Shown here: positions 27,300 to 38,241 of the stretch, one piece after another
Numbering within the stretch: the stretch's first letter is position 1
How the letters are laid out: each line of letters opens with the position of its first letter
Assembly: GCA_028534125.1 (NCBI GenBank)
Contig: CM052817.1
Span: forward strand, 41,976,001 to 42,040,000
Length of the DNA: 64,000 nucleotides
Direction of reading: 5' to 3'
DNA from: Lama glama
Taxonomy: Eukaryota
The notes under the pieces: generated by a model
The model's database searches: none
What the model was told of the DNA's origin: nothing
Seen by the model: the letters and a program-made list of their open reading frames with translations, nothing else
Program-made: the position numbers and the translations under genes

Positions 27300-28560
27300 T
27301 TTACTAGACAGAAGAAAATTTGAAAATAAACAGCTAACCATTCAACTTAAGAAAGTGGAGAAAGAATAGCAAAATATACCTAAGTAACACAGAAGAAAAC
27401 AATTAATAAAAACAATAGGAAAATAAAATAGAAATTAAAATAGACAAATCCAGTCAGCTTTAATTGTCAACTAACTTTATGGTCAACTAACATTTGACAA
27501 AGGACCCAAGAACACTCAATAGAGAAAATACAGTCTCTTCAATAAGTGGTGCTAGGAAAATTTGATAGTCATATGTAAAATACTGAAACTAGACCCAAAT
27601 CTTACACCACTCACAAAAGTAGACTTGAAATGATTAAAGACTTAAAGGTAATACCCAAAACCATAAAACTCATAGAAGAAAATAGGAAAAAAGCTCACTG
27701 ATGGGTCTAGGCAATAATTTTCGGATTTGACACCTAAAGCATAAGCAAGGAAATAAAAAAATAAATAAATGAGACTACATCAAACTAAAAAGCTTCTTCA
27801 CAGCAAAAGAAATAATCAACAAAATGAAAAGACCACCTATGGAATAGAAATCATACATCTGATAAGGGGTTAACATCCAAAATATATATTAAAAAAACTC
27901 AAACACCTCAAGAGCAGAAAAACAAATAATACAATTTTAAAATGAGCAAAGGTCCTGAACAAATATTTTTGCCCAAGAAGATACTCAAACGGCTAACAGG
28001 TACGTGAAAAGGTGCTCAACATCACTAATTATTAAGGAAATGCAAATCAAAACCACAATGAGATATTACTACAACCTGTTACAATGGCTATCACCAAAAA
28101 GACAAAGATAACAAATGCTGTATTTTAACTGGCTGTGGATGTGGAGAAAAGTGAACTCTTGTGCACTCTTAGTGGGAATGTAAACTGGAGCAGGCACTAT
28201 AGAAAACAATATGAGATTCCTCAAAAAATTAAAAATAGGACTACCAAACCTACTCAACTCCCCCCTCAAAAAAAAAAATAGAACTACCATACACACAATC
28301 CAGAAATTCCACTTCTGGGAACATATATCTATAAGAAATAAAAACACTTTGTTGAAGTGATCTCTGCACCCCCACATTCACTGCAGCATTATTTACAATA
28401 GCCAAGACATGGAAACAACAACCTAAGTGTCCATCAGCAGATGAATGGATAAAGGAATCTGTGTCCATCAACAGGTGAATGGATATATGTAAGTCAACTC
28501 ATTATGCTCTGTACCTTAAACTCGTGCAGTGCTACATGTCAATTTTATCTCAAGAAAATC
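27300..28560 (+). mobile_element. L1 ORF2 3' portion
   Basis: CAGTCTCTTCAATAAGTGGTGCTAGGAAAA, ACTACATCAAACTAAAAAGCTTCT, GAAATGCAAATCAAAACCACAATGAGATA. Confidence 0.88.
28247..28273 (+). mobile_element. Tail-only SINE remnant inside an L1
   Basis: AACCTACTCAACTCCCCCCTCAAAA resembles the tails of the other SINE copies. 16-bp TSD AAAAATAG(G/A)ACTACCA at 28231-28246 and 28274-28289. Confidence 0.7.
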
Positions 28561-31500
28561 AAAAGAAAAAAATATTCCGTAAGTCATTAGATAGTGGAGC
28601 TGGCTTACAACTACAGCCGGAAAAGGTAAACCAAATGCAACTGTTCCTATCAGATTGAAATGCTGATGCTTCCAAAGTTGAGGGGGCCCAGTATGGTAAA
28701 TTCGCCACCAAGTAGTTGGTTGTTTACCTGAAGAAAAGGTGCTATATCAGAGGCACTTTACTTGGTTGCAGACAGTAGAATGCCTGTCATTCAAGTTGGA
28801 CATTCAGAGATGGCAGCAGTTATGTCAGCCTTGGCAAGTGGGAGCCCACCACTCCAGTCAAGAAACAAAGCTTTCTTAGGCATCTCAGGAGCTCCTTTAC
28901 ATGCCCCTTCCTAACCACCAATCTTTGCCTTCCCCGAAAAGTAGCCACTCTCCTGACTACTTCTTTGCATTTCTTTATAGGATTATCAGACAATGCTATT
29001 CTAGATGCCAGTTTAGTCTTGTCTACTTCTTAAAATTTCACGTGTTTTCCAAGTTTCTCTTGATCTACATCTTTTCTCATCCATATCCTACCTGCACGAT
29101 TTGATCTACAGTTTCCCATGAAGAAGCTACAGTGTGATCTATAGTTTCCCATCGCCTGGCTTTGCTGATTGCCTACTCAGGGTTCAGTTCAATGTGTTCC
29201 TCTCTCTTCTATATGTTCTGCAATTAACAGCAGACTTGATTAACAGAGACTTGATCAGATTGAGGTTTGGGCTTTTTATAAAGTTTATAAGTGGTGTTTT
29301 GTTCTTTCATGCCCTAATGCCTGGTTCTTCCCCCTTTGGTGACATTAGCAGCTGTATTTAACCCACGTTACCAACCCTTACGTTGATATCATATTAGTCA
29401 TTTTGATTTTCTGAAGCTGTAATACATATCTTAAGAAGGACCCATGATAAAACTGAGTTCTTGCACGTTAATAACAATTTGCATTTTTTATAACTAAAAG
29501 TCAGATTTGCTGGATATAAAATTCTTGGGTCACATTTTTTCCCTTTGGTATCTGAAATAAGTGATTCTAATTTGATCTAACATAAAGCATTGTTTTAAAA
29601 GTCTGATAATTTCATTTGTGTAACCTTATATGTCACTTGCTGTTTATGCCTAGATATCCAAGTGGCTTTTTAACTTTTTCTTTAAAGTCCATACAGTTTT
29701 ACTAGATATGCTTTGGTATTGGTCATACTGGATTTAAATTCTCAGGCACAGAGTGTGTTATTCTAATATGTATTTTCAAGTCTTTTTTGTTGTTTCTTTC
29801 AAGAAAGTTTTCCTGAATTATAGTTTTCAGTATTTGTTCTGTTCCCTGTTCTGACTTACTTCATCAGGGACTTCTATTATCCATATGCTGAAACTTCTAT
29901 CTTCAGTAATTATCAGTTTTGTTTGAACCTCTCTTTATTCCATTATGCTTTGATTTTTTTAAAAAAAAGTTTCATCCTTTATACCTATTATTTCTTTAAG
30001 ATACTATCTATTGTGTTTATCCATTCTTGTGTTCCTTCCAGTTCAGTTTTCATTTCTACAGGTTTCATTTTGTTCCTCTTTCCTTCTTGGATTCTGTCAC
30101 ATCATTTCTGAATTCTTTCATGTGTATATTATCTTCTTAATATCTTTTAGTTTGCATGCAAAAGGAAGGTCACGGTTCTGTAAGGGACTGCAACGATGCT
30201 ATTCTGCTCCTCATCCTCTTTTTTCTTATAACTTTGAAAGGGCTTTGACCTCATTTTTGGTCTTCCTGAACTTTTAAAAGAATCTTACAGAACTTCCCAC
30301 TTATTTTGTTTCTATAAAGTGTCCAAAAAATTTGGTACTTGCTTTCTAAAATTTCTTTTTAAATTTGTTTTACTCCCTTGCTTTTACCTGACCCTTCTCT
30401 TTCCATTTGTGTTTCTATTGTCCTTATCCTGCTCAGTATTGATTCCACTCCTAACAGCATCTCCAGTGCAGAGCACTGCCCAAAAATGAGCTATGGAATT
30501 TAGTTTCAAGAGTTCACATGGGTCCATTGCTCGAACTCCTTCAGACCTCACCCAGGAACCTTTATCCTCACCTACTAATGTAGTGGCCAAAAACTCCCAG
30601 TTTCAGCTGCTGTTCTCAGATTGGACTACTTCACTTCCAGGGAACACCTGTGGACTGCTTTGTAGTTTCTTGTTCTGGGGTCTTCTGGATGTCTCCATTA
30701 TTCTCTCTGCTTTCCTCTCACATCGAAGCTAACACCTTCTGGGTGTTGTGGCTATTGATTGTTTCTCCTCATCTGCTTTTATCTTGGGTTTCATAGGAAT
30801 AACTCTCATCTGGTTTTGTGCAAATGTTGTTCATGGGTTTTGGGTATCATAATCTGGCTGCTCTTGCTTCTGGGTCATCCTATGCTCCTTATTTCCTTCC
30901 ATTTTTCAGACCCCTCCCTCTCCTTTGTGAGCACCACTTCCATGCCCATGCCCTAAGTGATGACTGTTCTCCAGCATTCTGTCTTCAGCCCTCTGTTTTA
31001 TCTCACCCTACATACTCTCCTCAGGAATTTTCTCTGCCTCTACTCTTGCCTCTTCCCAGAAGTAGCTGTTGAAGTTAGTATAAACAAAAAATTAAATGGA
31101 ACATACCTTAAATACCAAGAAAATAAATTTGGGGGATTGCCTGAGACACAGCTGAGAAACTGAGGAGGATATTAGGCTCACAGCATTGTAATTTTATCAT
31201 TATGATAAAGATTCAGAAGTACAGTGGATGACACATTCCTACCTCAGTTTCAGTCCCTGATTATCAGAATTCATCTCCATGAAAAAAATAGATATTTTTA
31301 CTTAAGGAGAAGTACCTCTGTGAACCTAATGAAGGAAAAATATAAGATTCCTCTTAAGCAGAGAGCAGCTAATTTATGCCACCTATTTTTCTATTGAATA
31401 AACTAAATTCAACTGATTCTGAAACATGTGAATTAAGATCTTTCATAGGGAACAGTATTTACTCTGTACCTTGATGGAATAAATACTGGAAAAAAATACA

Positions 31501-32398
31501 ATGGTTGGTGGTTAACTGGCTTACTGTGTAATTATGGTAAATTATGTTACTGGGTTTTTCTTAGAAACTTACCTAATCAATGTCTACCAAATAAATTTAA
31601 GAAATATCCAAAAGGTTTAATTTGTGTGATTTACTTATTTCTATTTTCTAAATAATGGAAAGATAATATCTAAATAAAACTTTATATTGCCAATCTCTGT
31701 AAATAATTTAGCCATGAGTCAGGGAAATTCTAAAATAATTCAAAAAATACCCCTTGATCCCTTATCTGACAAAAGCAATTCCATAGTATTCTTATTTCTC
31801 CCATGGTCACAGGCAGCCACAGAAATGAGGGGGATAGTGTTTATTTAACAAGAAAGAATCTGGAAAAATACAGTGCAAAAATTTGGCCAAAACTTTTTAA
31901 GTATTTGTATATTGATTTAGGAGATAGGTTAAATTAGATTAGATGATGCTACCTCCCAGAACAAATACTGTTATTTGAGTTGGCAGAGATAAATCTGATC
32001 GTCAACGCTGTTATAAGTTTATTGTAATGTTTACAGGTATCTAGTAAGACGACCAAAGCACATTGTACATAGAATGAAAAGCCTCTTTCATCCTCCTTTA
32101 CCACCTTATCCTAGTTGCTGGGGGAGCTGGTATATACATTGTATGCTTTGACTTTTTATTAACTACAGTGAAACCTGGACTTTTTAACTGAAATTGAATG
32201 GCATTTGTCTTAATTCTGCCCAGTTATAGACCAAATCATACCTTGAAGATGTTCATATGCATCAATGTTACTTATAGAAGCCATTTCCATTTAAGTTGCC
32301 TTACTCTATCTATTGCATTGTTCTTGCCAAGTCTAAGCTCTGTCTTGTTGGAATTCTTTTAACATTGAACCTATGATGTAAAAAATGTACAATGTGTT

Positions 32399-32460
32399 GG
32401 CTGGTCCGAGTGCAGTGGTGTTTATAACTAATTGATCACAGCCAGTTACAGATTTCTTTG
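32399..32460 (+). pseudogene. RNY3: Y3 RNA retrocopy, 3'-truncated (first 62 nt)
   Basis: GGCTGGTCCGAGTGCAGTGGTGTTTATAACTAATTGATCACAGCCAGTTACAGATTTCTTTG matches the remembered human Y3 5' portion with 2 differences. The 3' stem strand is missing. Confidence 0.92.
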
Positions 32461-32601
32461 GGGGTGAGGGTATAGCTCAAGTGGTAGAGTGCATGCTTAG
32501 CATACACAAGGTCCTAGGTTCAATTCCCAGTACTTCCTCTAAAAACGTAAATAAATAAATAAATAAACCTAATTATCCGATCCCCCTCAAAAAAAATTTT
32601 T
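32461..32601 (+). mobile_element. tRNA-derived SINE (Vic-1-like), fused directly to the Y3 fragment
   Basis: A box TAGCTCAAGTGG, B box GGTTCAATTCC, (TAAA)n, C-rich spacer and A tail. Same family as three other copies in the window. Confidence 0.88.
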
Positions 32602-32974
32602 AAAGTACAAAGTGTTTTAAATTTTATTCATAATAAACTAAGTTATAGCCTATTGTAACCTACAAAACATTTCTTATAAATTGTCTAACTTATTTTTTCA
32701 TTTATGTACAGTTTCTTAAGTAAATTTTTTAAATATTTGTTGTGGTCTGTTCTATAAACATTGCCATTCTCTTTCCCTTCAGGCTTATTTGCATGAAAGA
32801 AACTTGGGTTTTGCTTGCTTGTATTACATGGCCATTAAGCTAACTTCAGTATTCTCTACCTTCTTTCCTGTAGGTTAACTTTTTCAAGTTCTGTTCATAT
32901 TCTAAATAAGTGTTAAAAACATGCTTTTTATTTCCTACTTTATAAATAAATTCTCTAAGTTGTTCTCCATGCTA

Positions 32975-33334
32975 TGTGGGGACAACAACGGACACCCAGA
33001 AGGATGTTCAACCCCCAAAGCAGCAGTGAATGTTATTTGTGGAGAATGTCACATAGAAAATGAAATAAAATGCAGGGATCCAATCCAGTGCAGAGAAGGT
33101 GGATACAAAATAATGTACAAGAAAAGGACTAAAAGATTGGTGGTATTTGATACTCAATGAAACATGGAATTCAGAGGAATATGTTCATTTGTAATTGGAT
33201 TTGCTGTTAATGTTGTTGTATAGCTTTTGATTTGTTTACTATAAACACATGATTTCATTTTAAAGAACACTGTATTTAGGTATCTATTAACAGTTCATAT
33301 AAAGACATTGTTTTTCGTTCAATTAAAAAAAAAA
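32975..33334 (+). pseudogene. POLR2K: POLR2K (RPABC4/RPB12) processed pseudogene, antisense in CFAP299 intron 1
   Basis: Intronless (T)[12 protein letters not shown]...[41 protein letters not shown]. Start codon is ACG (32988), in-frame TGA at 33027, frameshift (173 nt from start to stop), last zinc-ligand Cys changed to Gly. Followed by 3'UTR-like sequence and an A10 tail (33325-33334). Confidence 0.93.
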
Positions 33335-34155
33335 CTTTCCAGCTCATCGAATAGTTAACTGAGTTCATTTTTCATTTTTTTCTCCTACTTCCCTTCATTC
33401 TTAAGTATCATATAAAAAGCATTGTGGTTATTATATTTATACACTACTCATATACTTATTGTGGCTTGAGATGTTAAATAACAACACAGAGGTCAGGGCC
33501 ATGGCAGGCAAACTCAGGAGAGATGATTTAAAAAGAATAAAAGCAAAATTTACAAAGATATGAGTGAGATTAATGGAAACCAACATGGGATAGTGAAACA
33601 TCCTTGGGCTAGCAACAGTGCAAAGTTATCAATACCATTAGACCTTAAAGGAGACAGGAGAGGAAACAGTCCCTAGAACTCCTAGAACAGGAATGCTGCC
33701 AGCACCCGGAAAGAGTGCTGCAGCTGATGGAACAAGAAGTTGGCCAAACATAAGGAATGCAGCCACTTCCAAACCACAGCCCGCAGGAAGACGACAGGGA
33801 ATAAGTTCTCTAACTCTCTTCAGTCTCTTCAGTCTCCTTACCAGCTGAAACAAACCCAAAACCAAAAGAGCCTGATTAATGACCACAAGAGATAACTTCC
33901 AGGGGCACAGATAAGGGTGGAGAAGGGTAGAGATTGAGTCTAGCAAAGATAGTATGCCCTTTGTATGTGAATCATTGGTAGTAATTTTTTTTAATTAATT
34001 GAAAACATTTGGCAGCAGAAGAATATCCTACACAAGAAAAGAGTGCCTGGAAGATAGTAAATATTTGTAAAACTTTTGCTGAATAAATAAAACTTAGACT
34101 GGACTGTAAGTACTAATACTAAGATGACTTAAGGTCAAGTCTAGAACTGATTCTT

Positions 34156-34447
34156 TTTTTGTTTATTTGTGTTGTTTTTTTTTTAAATTGAAGTATGGGT
34201 GATTTACAGTGTTGTGTTAGTTTCAAGTGTACAGCAGAGTGATTCAGTTATACATATGCATACATAAGTACTCTTTTTCCATAATAGGTTATTACAGATA
34301 TTGACTATAGTTCCCTGTGCTATACCATAGGACTTTGGTTTTTTTTTTATTGCAGTATACTCAGTTTACAAAAGAATATGAAAATGAATATATGTACATA
34401 TATGTATGACTGAACTATTATGCTGTACATCAGAAGTTGACACAACA
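34156..34447 (-). mobile_element. Composite L1 3'-end insertion with internal inversion and a perfect 14-bp TSD
   Basis: TAGAACTGATTCTT at 34142-34155 and 34448-34461. Two poly(T)-headed L1 3' ends plus an inverted segment at 34371-34447. Confidence 0.82.
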
Positions 34448-36899
34448 TAGAACTGATTCTTAAATTCCTAGATACTAAGGTAATATCTACTACAGTAGGC
34501 TCTTGGTGAAGGTTTACTAACTCGACAGTTGAATGAACACATAGATGCGTGGATGGACAGACGGGTGCATAGATGATTCACGAAATTTTACATACATTAA
34601 GATCCTTCAGTATAGTCTTGCCTAGCCCCTTCATTTTGCAGATGAAGAAATGAAGTTTCAAACTGATTTAAAACACAATAATACAGAATTCGAATCCTAA
34701 TCTCATGACTCTAGGCTCTTCCAACTACAGTATGCTCTCTCTCACTTGCCATTCAAAATTTGCTCCATCCAAACCAAGTACAGATGACCAAAATGAAAAA
34801 GAAAAGAAAAAAGAAAAAGAAAAGAGCGTCACCTCACAACGCGTGATCCATGACACATGCTTGCCAGACTAGCCAGAATACTGAAACAACTCTGAGGAGT
34901 TCACTTGTCTCTGTGTGCCCTAAGTGGGCAAGTAAGTTGTATCCTCAGAAAGTATTGGAGAATACAGGTTCCCAGAGCTAATGACACTTAGAATTTTTCA
35001 TTGCTCAGTCCAAAAATCTGTAGCTTAATATTATTATTAAACTAAATATTCATCTTATTTTTATGAAAGTACAATAATAATAAGTTTAACCAGTGCCAAA
35101 TTTAACAGTAAATTTCTTTACATTTCCCCCAAACGCAGTCACCATTTTCCATTTTGGAGACCTTTAAAATTCTAATTGATGAAACACAATATTAATTTCT
35201 GGCTCCTAATCAATGTTAATGATTTTAATTGCTTACTCACATGAAAAACTGCCTTAAAAAAAATTGAAATCCTTTTTAATGATACTAAGCTTAAGCTTGG
35301 CAATTTTCCACATGTGTTACAAAGATAATGATATCCTATTGGGATATTTATCGTCTATACTTTATTTCTGTTTAGATATTCAAAAATTTAGATGCAAACA
35401 GTGTTTGGCACCATGATTTTTTCCCCCTTCACTTCAGTGACAACGATGCAAGGCATAAAATTCAACCTTCATGATTTTAAACATATTATCTGTATAAAAT
35501 ATTTAAAAGCTTGTTTTTGAAGTCAGAATATATCTTGGAAATATCACTTGGATTTTTAAACACTTAGTTCCAGAAATATAAAATTATCTGTCCAAGGTCA
35601 CACAACTTATTTGTGGCAGAGACAGGACTAAAATTAGATGTTTCTATTTCCTTAAAATTCTGTTCCTATCCAGCATATGAATGTGTTTTAGAGGATAAGC
35701 ACTTTTCAGACCTTGGAATCCACACTGAAATAAAATCCCACTTAACAGGATCACTGGAGTCCAAAAATTACTATCCACTAAAATGTAGAATTACATCGTT
35801 GCAGATAAGGAGTTTGAGGATTTGGCTGCAGCATAGAAATCCTTCTCACACTTAGGTGTGGTGTGGCACCACAGAGCGGCGCCGGTCCTCTCTGGCCTAA
35901 GCAGAGAGGGGACAGCTTGGGGTCCTCTGGCGTGGCTCCAGGACAGCAGAATTTCCAAGTCAGTGCCCATTTAGTGGGCCTGGTTTGGCTATGTACCAGG
36001 GCTACAGAGACCCGCCGTCCACCTCCTGCTTCTCAGGACCGGTAGCCTGTTATTTTCCCGCTCGTCCTGGTCCTCCTGGAAGAGGACAAGAACGCTATTC
36101 TGTCGGCCCCCTACCCCCACCCCCAGCCACCCCCACAGCACGCATACACCTTCAAGAAGCGGGTCGGGGGGGCGGGGTCCTGAGAGGAAGATAGAAGCAA
36201 TTCCAATTACGTCCGATTTTGCTATGTTGCAGGCTTTTTTTTTTTAACTCTCAACATTAGTTGTGATCCTTCACCCCGATAAACTGGAGTCAGGAATTGC
36301 CCGCACGACGACCTGTAGCGCGTACCCGTAATTAGAGGGTTTTCTGAATCAACCAGCGTGAGGTGGAAATTCGTGGAACCAAATGCCCAGCACGACACGA
36401 GGCAATCTGAAAGGATACTGGCTTCTATTCTTTCATACAAACCGGCAAAGGAAAGAGAAGCAGGGTTTCCTACCTGAATTCCAGCCCGCCGGAAGGGTCT
36501 CGGCAGGCCTCGGAATCCGGCCACCCTCCTCAGCGGAGAGGGACTTCAGAAAGGGAGCGGGCCGGGGGGGGGTGGGGGGGCGGCGGGGGGGGGCGGCGAG
36601 GGAGGCCGACGTGCAGGAACGCCAGGCCCCGCGGCGGGTCTGCGTGCGCGCGTGCGCACGGCCGTGGGTCAGCGCCGGGTGATGGACACCTGGGGCCCGG
36701 ATTCCGCACCGACTGAAGCAGCGCGGGGCGGGAAGACCCGCCGATTCTCCGCCGCTGAGCTCTGGAGCCGCCGTCGGTATTTCGGGGTCAGCTGTCCCCG
36801 CTGTCCCCCGCCAGGGGGCGATCACCCCACGACGCTGGGCCTCTGGAGAGTCTGAGGGACGCGAAGGAGGTGGCCGCCCCGTGGGGCTGCCGCTCTTAC

Positions 36900-37010
36900 C
36901 TCCAGGTAGTACAGGTCCACCGTAGTGATCTGCGAGTCCAGGAAATCTTCATAGGTGTTGAACTGAGTGACTATGTTGTCCAACGTGGTCGACCCCTCTT
37001 CCTGATCCAT
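36900..37010 (-). CDS. CFAP299: CFAP299 (C4orf22) coding exon 1, 111 nt / 37 codons: MDQEEGSTTLDNIVTQFNTYEDFLDSQITTVDLYYLE
   Basis: Peptide matches the remembered N-terminus of cilia- and flagella-associated protein 299. ATG in context GCC-ATG-G. Canonical donor GAG|GTAAGA at 36899, phase 0. Lies in a CpG island. Confidence 0.96.
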
Positions 37011-37031
37011 GGCAGTTACCTGGGCCGAAGC

Positions 37032-37179
37032 GTCCCTAGCGACAGAGGCACCGGCCCGGGTCAGAAGGTTCCACCCACTCCGTCCCTTCCAATCAGTTGG
37101 GAACCGGTGCGCAGCTTTGGACGTTAACCCCGCCCCCGTGTCTTGTTACTGCTCGGGCTTCCGCCTTATTCCTAGGAAC
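37032..37179. promoter_or_regulatory. Two RFX X-box-like motifs upstream of the CFAP299 ATG
   Basis: GTCCCTAGCGAC (37032-37043) and ATTCCTAGGAAC (37168-37179) resemble the imperfect palindromic X-box typical of ciliary gene promoters. Confidence 0.6.
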
Positions 37180-37754
37180 GCCGTCGCAAATTACCCACTG
37201 CAAGTCAGGTCTCACACCGTCACCTCACTCGGACTTCGGCGAAATGTGGAGCTACGGGAGAGATGCCAATTCCAATCCAAAATTAAGAAGTATGAGACTC
37301 CCAGGATATGTAGACAAAATATTATAGATCAGCGCTTCTAATCTCATTCTAAAACCATGAACCATGCTATGAGGGACAAAAATATCAAGGTTAGTTCTCA
37401 GGTACCTGGAAGTTCATTATTGCAAGGAGAGTATCTCAAAACAGAAGTCTCCGGAAATGATCTTGTGACCAAAACCAATAATAAAATACACTAATGATTT
37501 TGTTCAATTATTTTTAAAATTATTGTTAATGTTTGGAGAGGAAGAATTTATCAACTTCTCAAGGAAAGAAACAACGAAAATATCTTTGAAGACTTCTTTT
37601 GGTCCCAAGTGATTTTTTCTTTTTACTTTTTAAGTTTCAGTAAACACACAATGAAGGATCTTGGCTTGTTGAAGTTGCCTTTGTTAAAGGGTAAATTAGA
37701 AATTAAAAGGTTTTTACTAAAGACTTTTCCTATAGAACAAAGTTATGCATTTTT

Positions 37755-37852
37755 TAATGTATTTTTTATTTTTATAATAGAGGTACTGGGAATTGAACCC
37801 AGGATCTGTGCATGCTAAGCATGCACTCTACCACTGAGCTATACCCGTCCCC
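37755..37852 (-). mobile_element. tRNA-derived SINE with 18-bp TSD
   Basis: Reverse-strand A and B boxes. TSD ACAAAGTT(A/G)TGCATTTTT at 37737-37754 and 37853-37870. Confidence 0.9.
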
Positions 37853-38141
37853 ACAAAGTTGTGCATTTTTAAAAATATGGGTTTAAAGTAATACAACTTG
37901 GAAACCAGCAAAACTTTTCAGAAACCGCTTTTGGATTTTAATGTTCTACAAATCATTCTTGGGAATCAACACACAGTGCAGCCCTCGGGCCTGTGGTAGC
38001 TGCTTTTTAAGTGCTTAATGAAGTGATTTTGAAGATTTTCATAGAAATGCAAAAAAAAATTAATGAAAACTTCTGGTAAGATACTTCATTTTAAGTTAGC
38101 TTTCTTAACTTTAAAAGATCATCTCAAAAATTAAGATGTCA

Positions 38142-38241
38142 GCCAGAGGACATAGTTCAAATGGTAAGGTCCTGGGTTCAATCCCCAGTATCTCTCTAAA
38201 AATATTAAATAAATAAATGAACCTAATTACCCCCCAACAAA
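38142..38241 (+). mobile_element. tRNA-derived SINE with an internal deletion
   Basis: B box GGTTCAATCCC and (TAAA)n tail. The segment between the A and B boxes is missing. Degenerate TSD AAAAATT(AAG/GGA)ATGTCA. Confidence 0.8.

Larger units (their letters stand above)
35860..37260. promoter_or_regulatory. CpG island covering the CFAP299 promoter, exon 1 and the start of intron 1
   Basis: Abrupt rise in GC and CpG density against CpG-poor flanks. CCAAT at 37089, GC box CCCCGCCCC near 37128, ETS-like CTTCCG near 37158. Confidence 0.9.

Noticed and set aside
32399..32460. Functional Y3 RNA gene
   Set aside because: Lacks the 3' stem strand and terminator, and is embedded in a TSD-flanked insertion.
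32461..32535. tRNA gene call (also at 37780-37852 and 55640-55712)
   Set aside because: A/B boxes are present, but each copy has a SINE tail and TSD and lacks a proper acceptor stem.
33500..33945. Purine-rich LTR-like tract (also ~2100-2600)
   Set aside because: Probably old LTR remnants, but I could not fix termini or family from the sequence alone.
36822..36899. ORF-track extension of CFAP299 exon 1 (VRAAAPRGG...)
   Set aside because: Read-through past the GTAAGA donor into intron 1.
35863..37341. Many overlapping Arg/Pro/Gly-rich ORFs in the CpG island
   Set aside because: Expected from stop-codon scarcity in GC-rich DNA. No recognisable protein.
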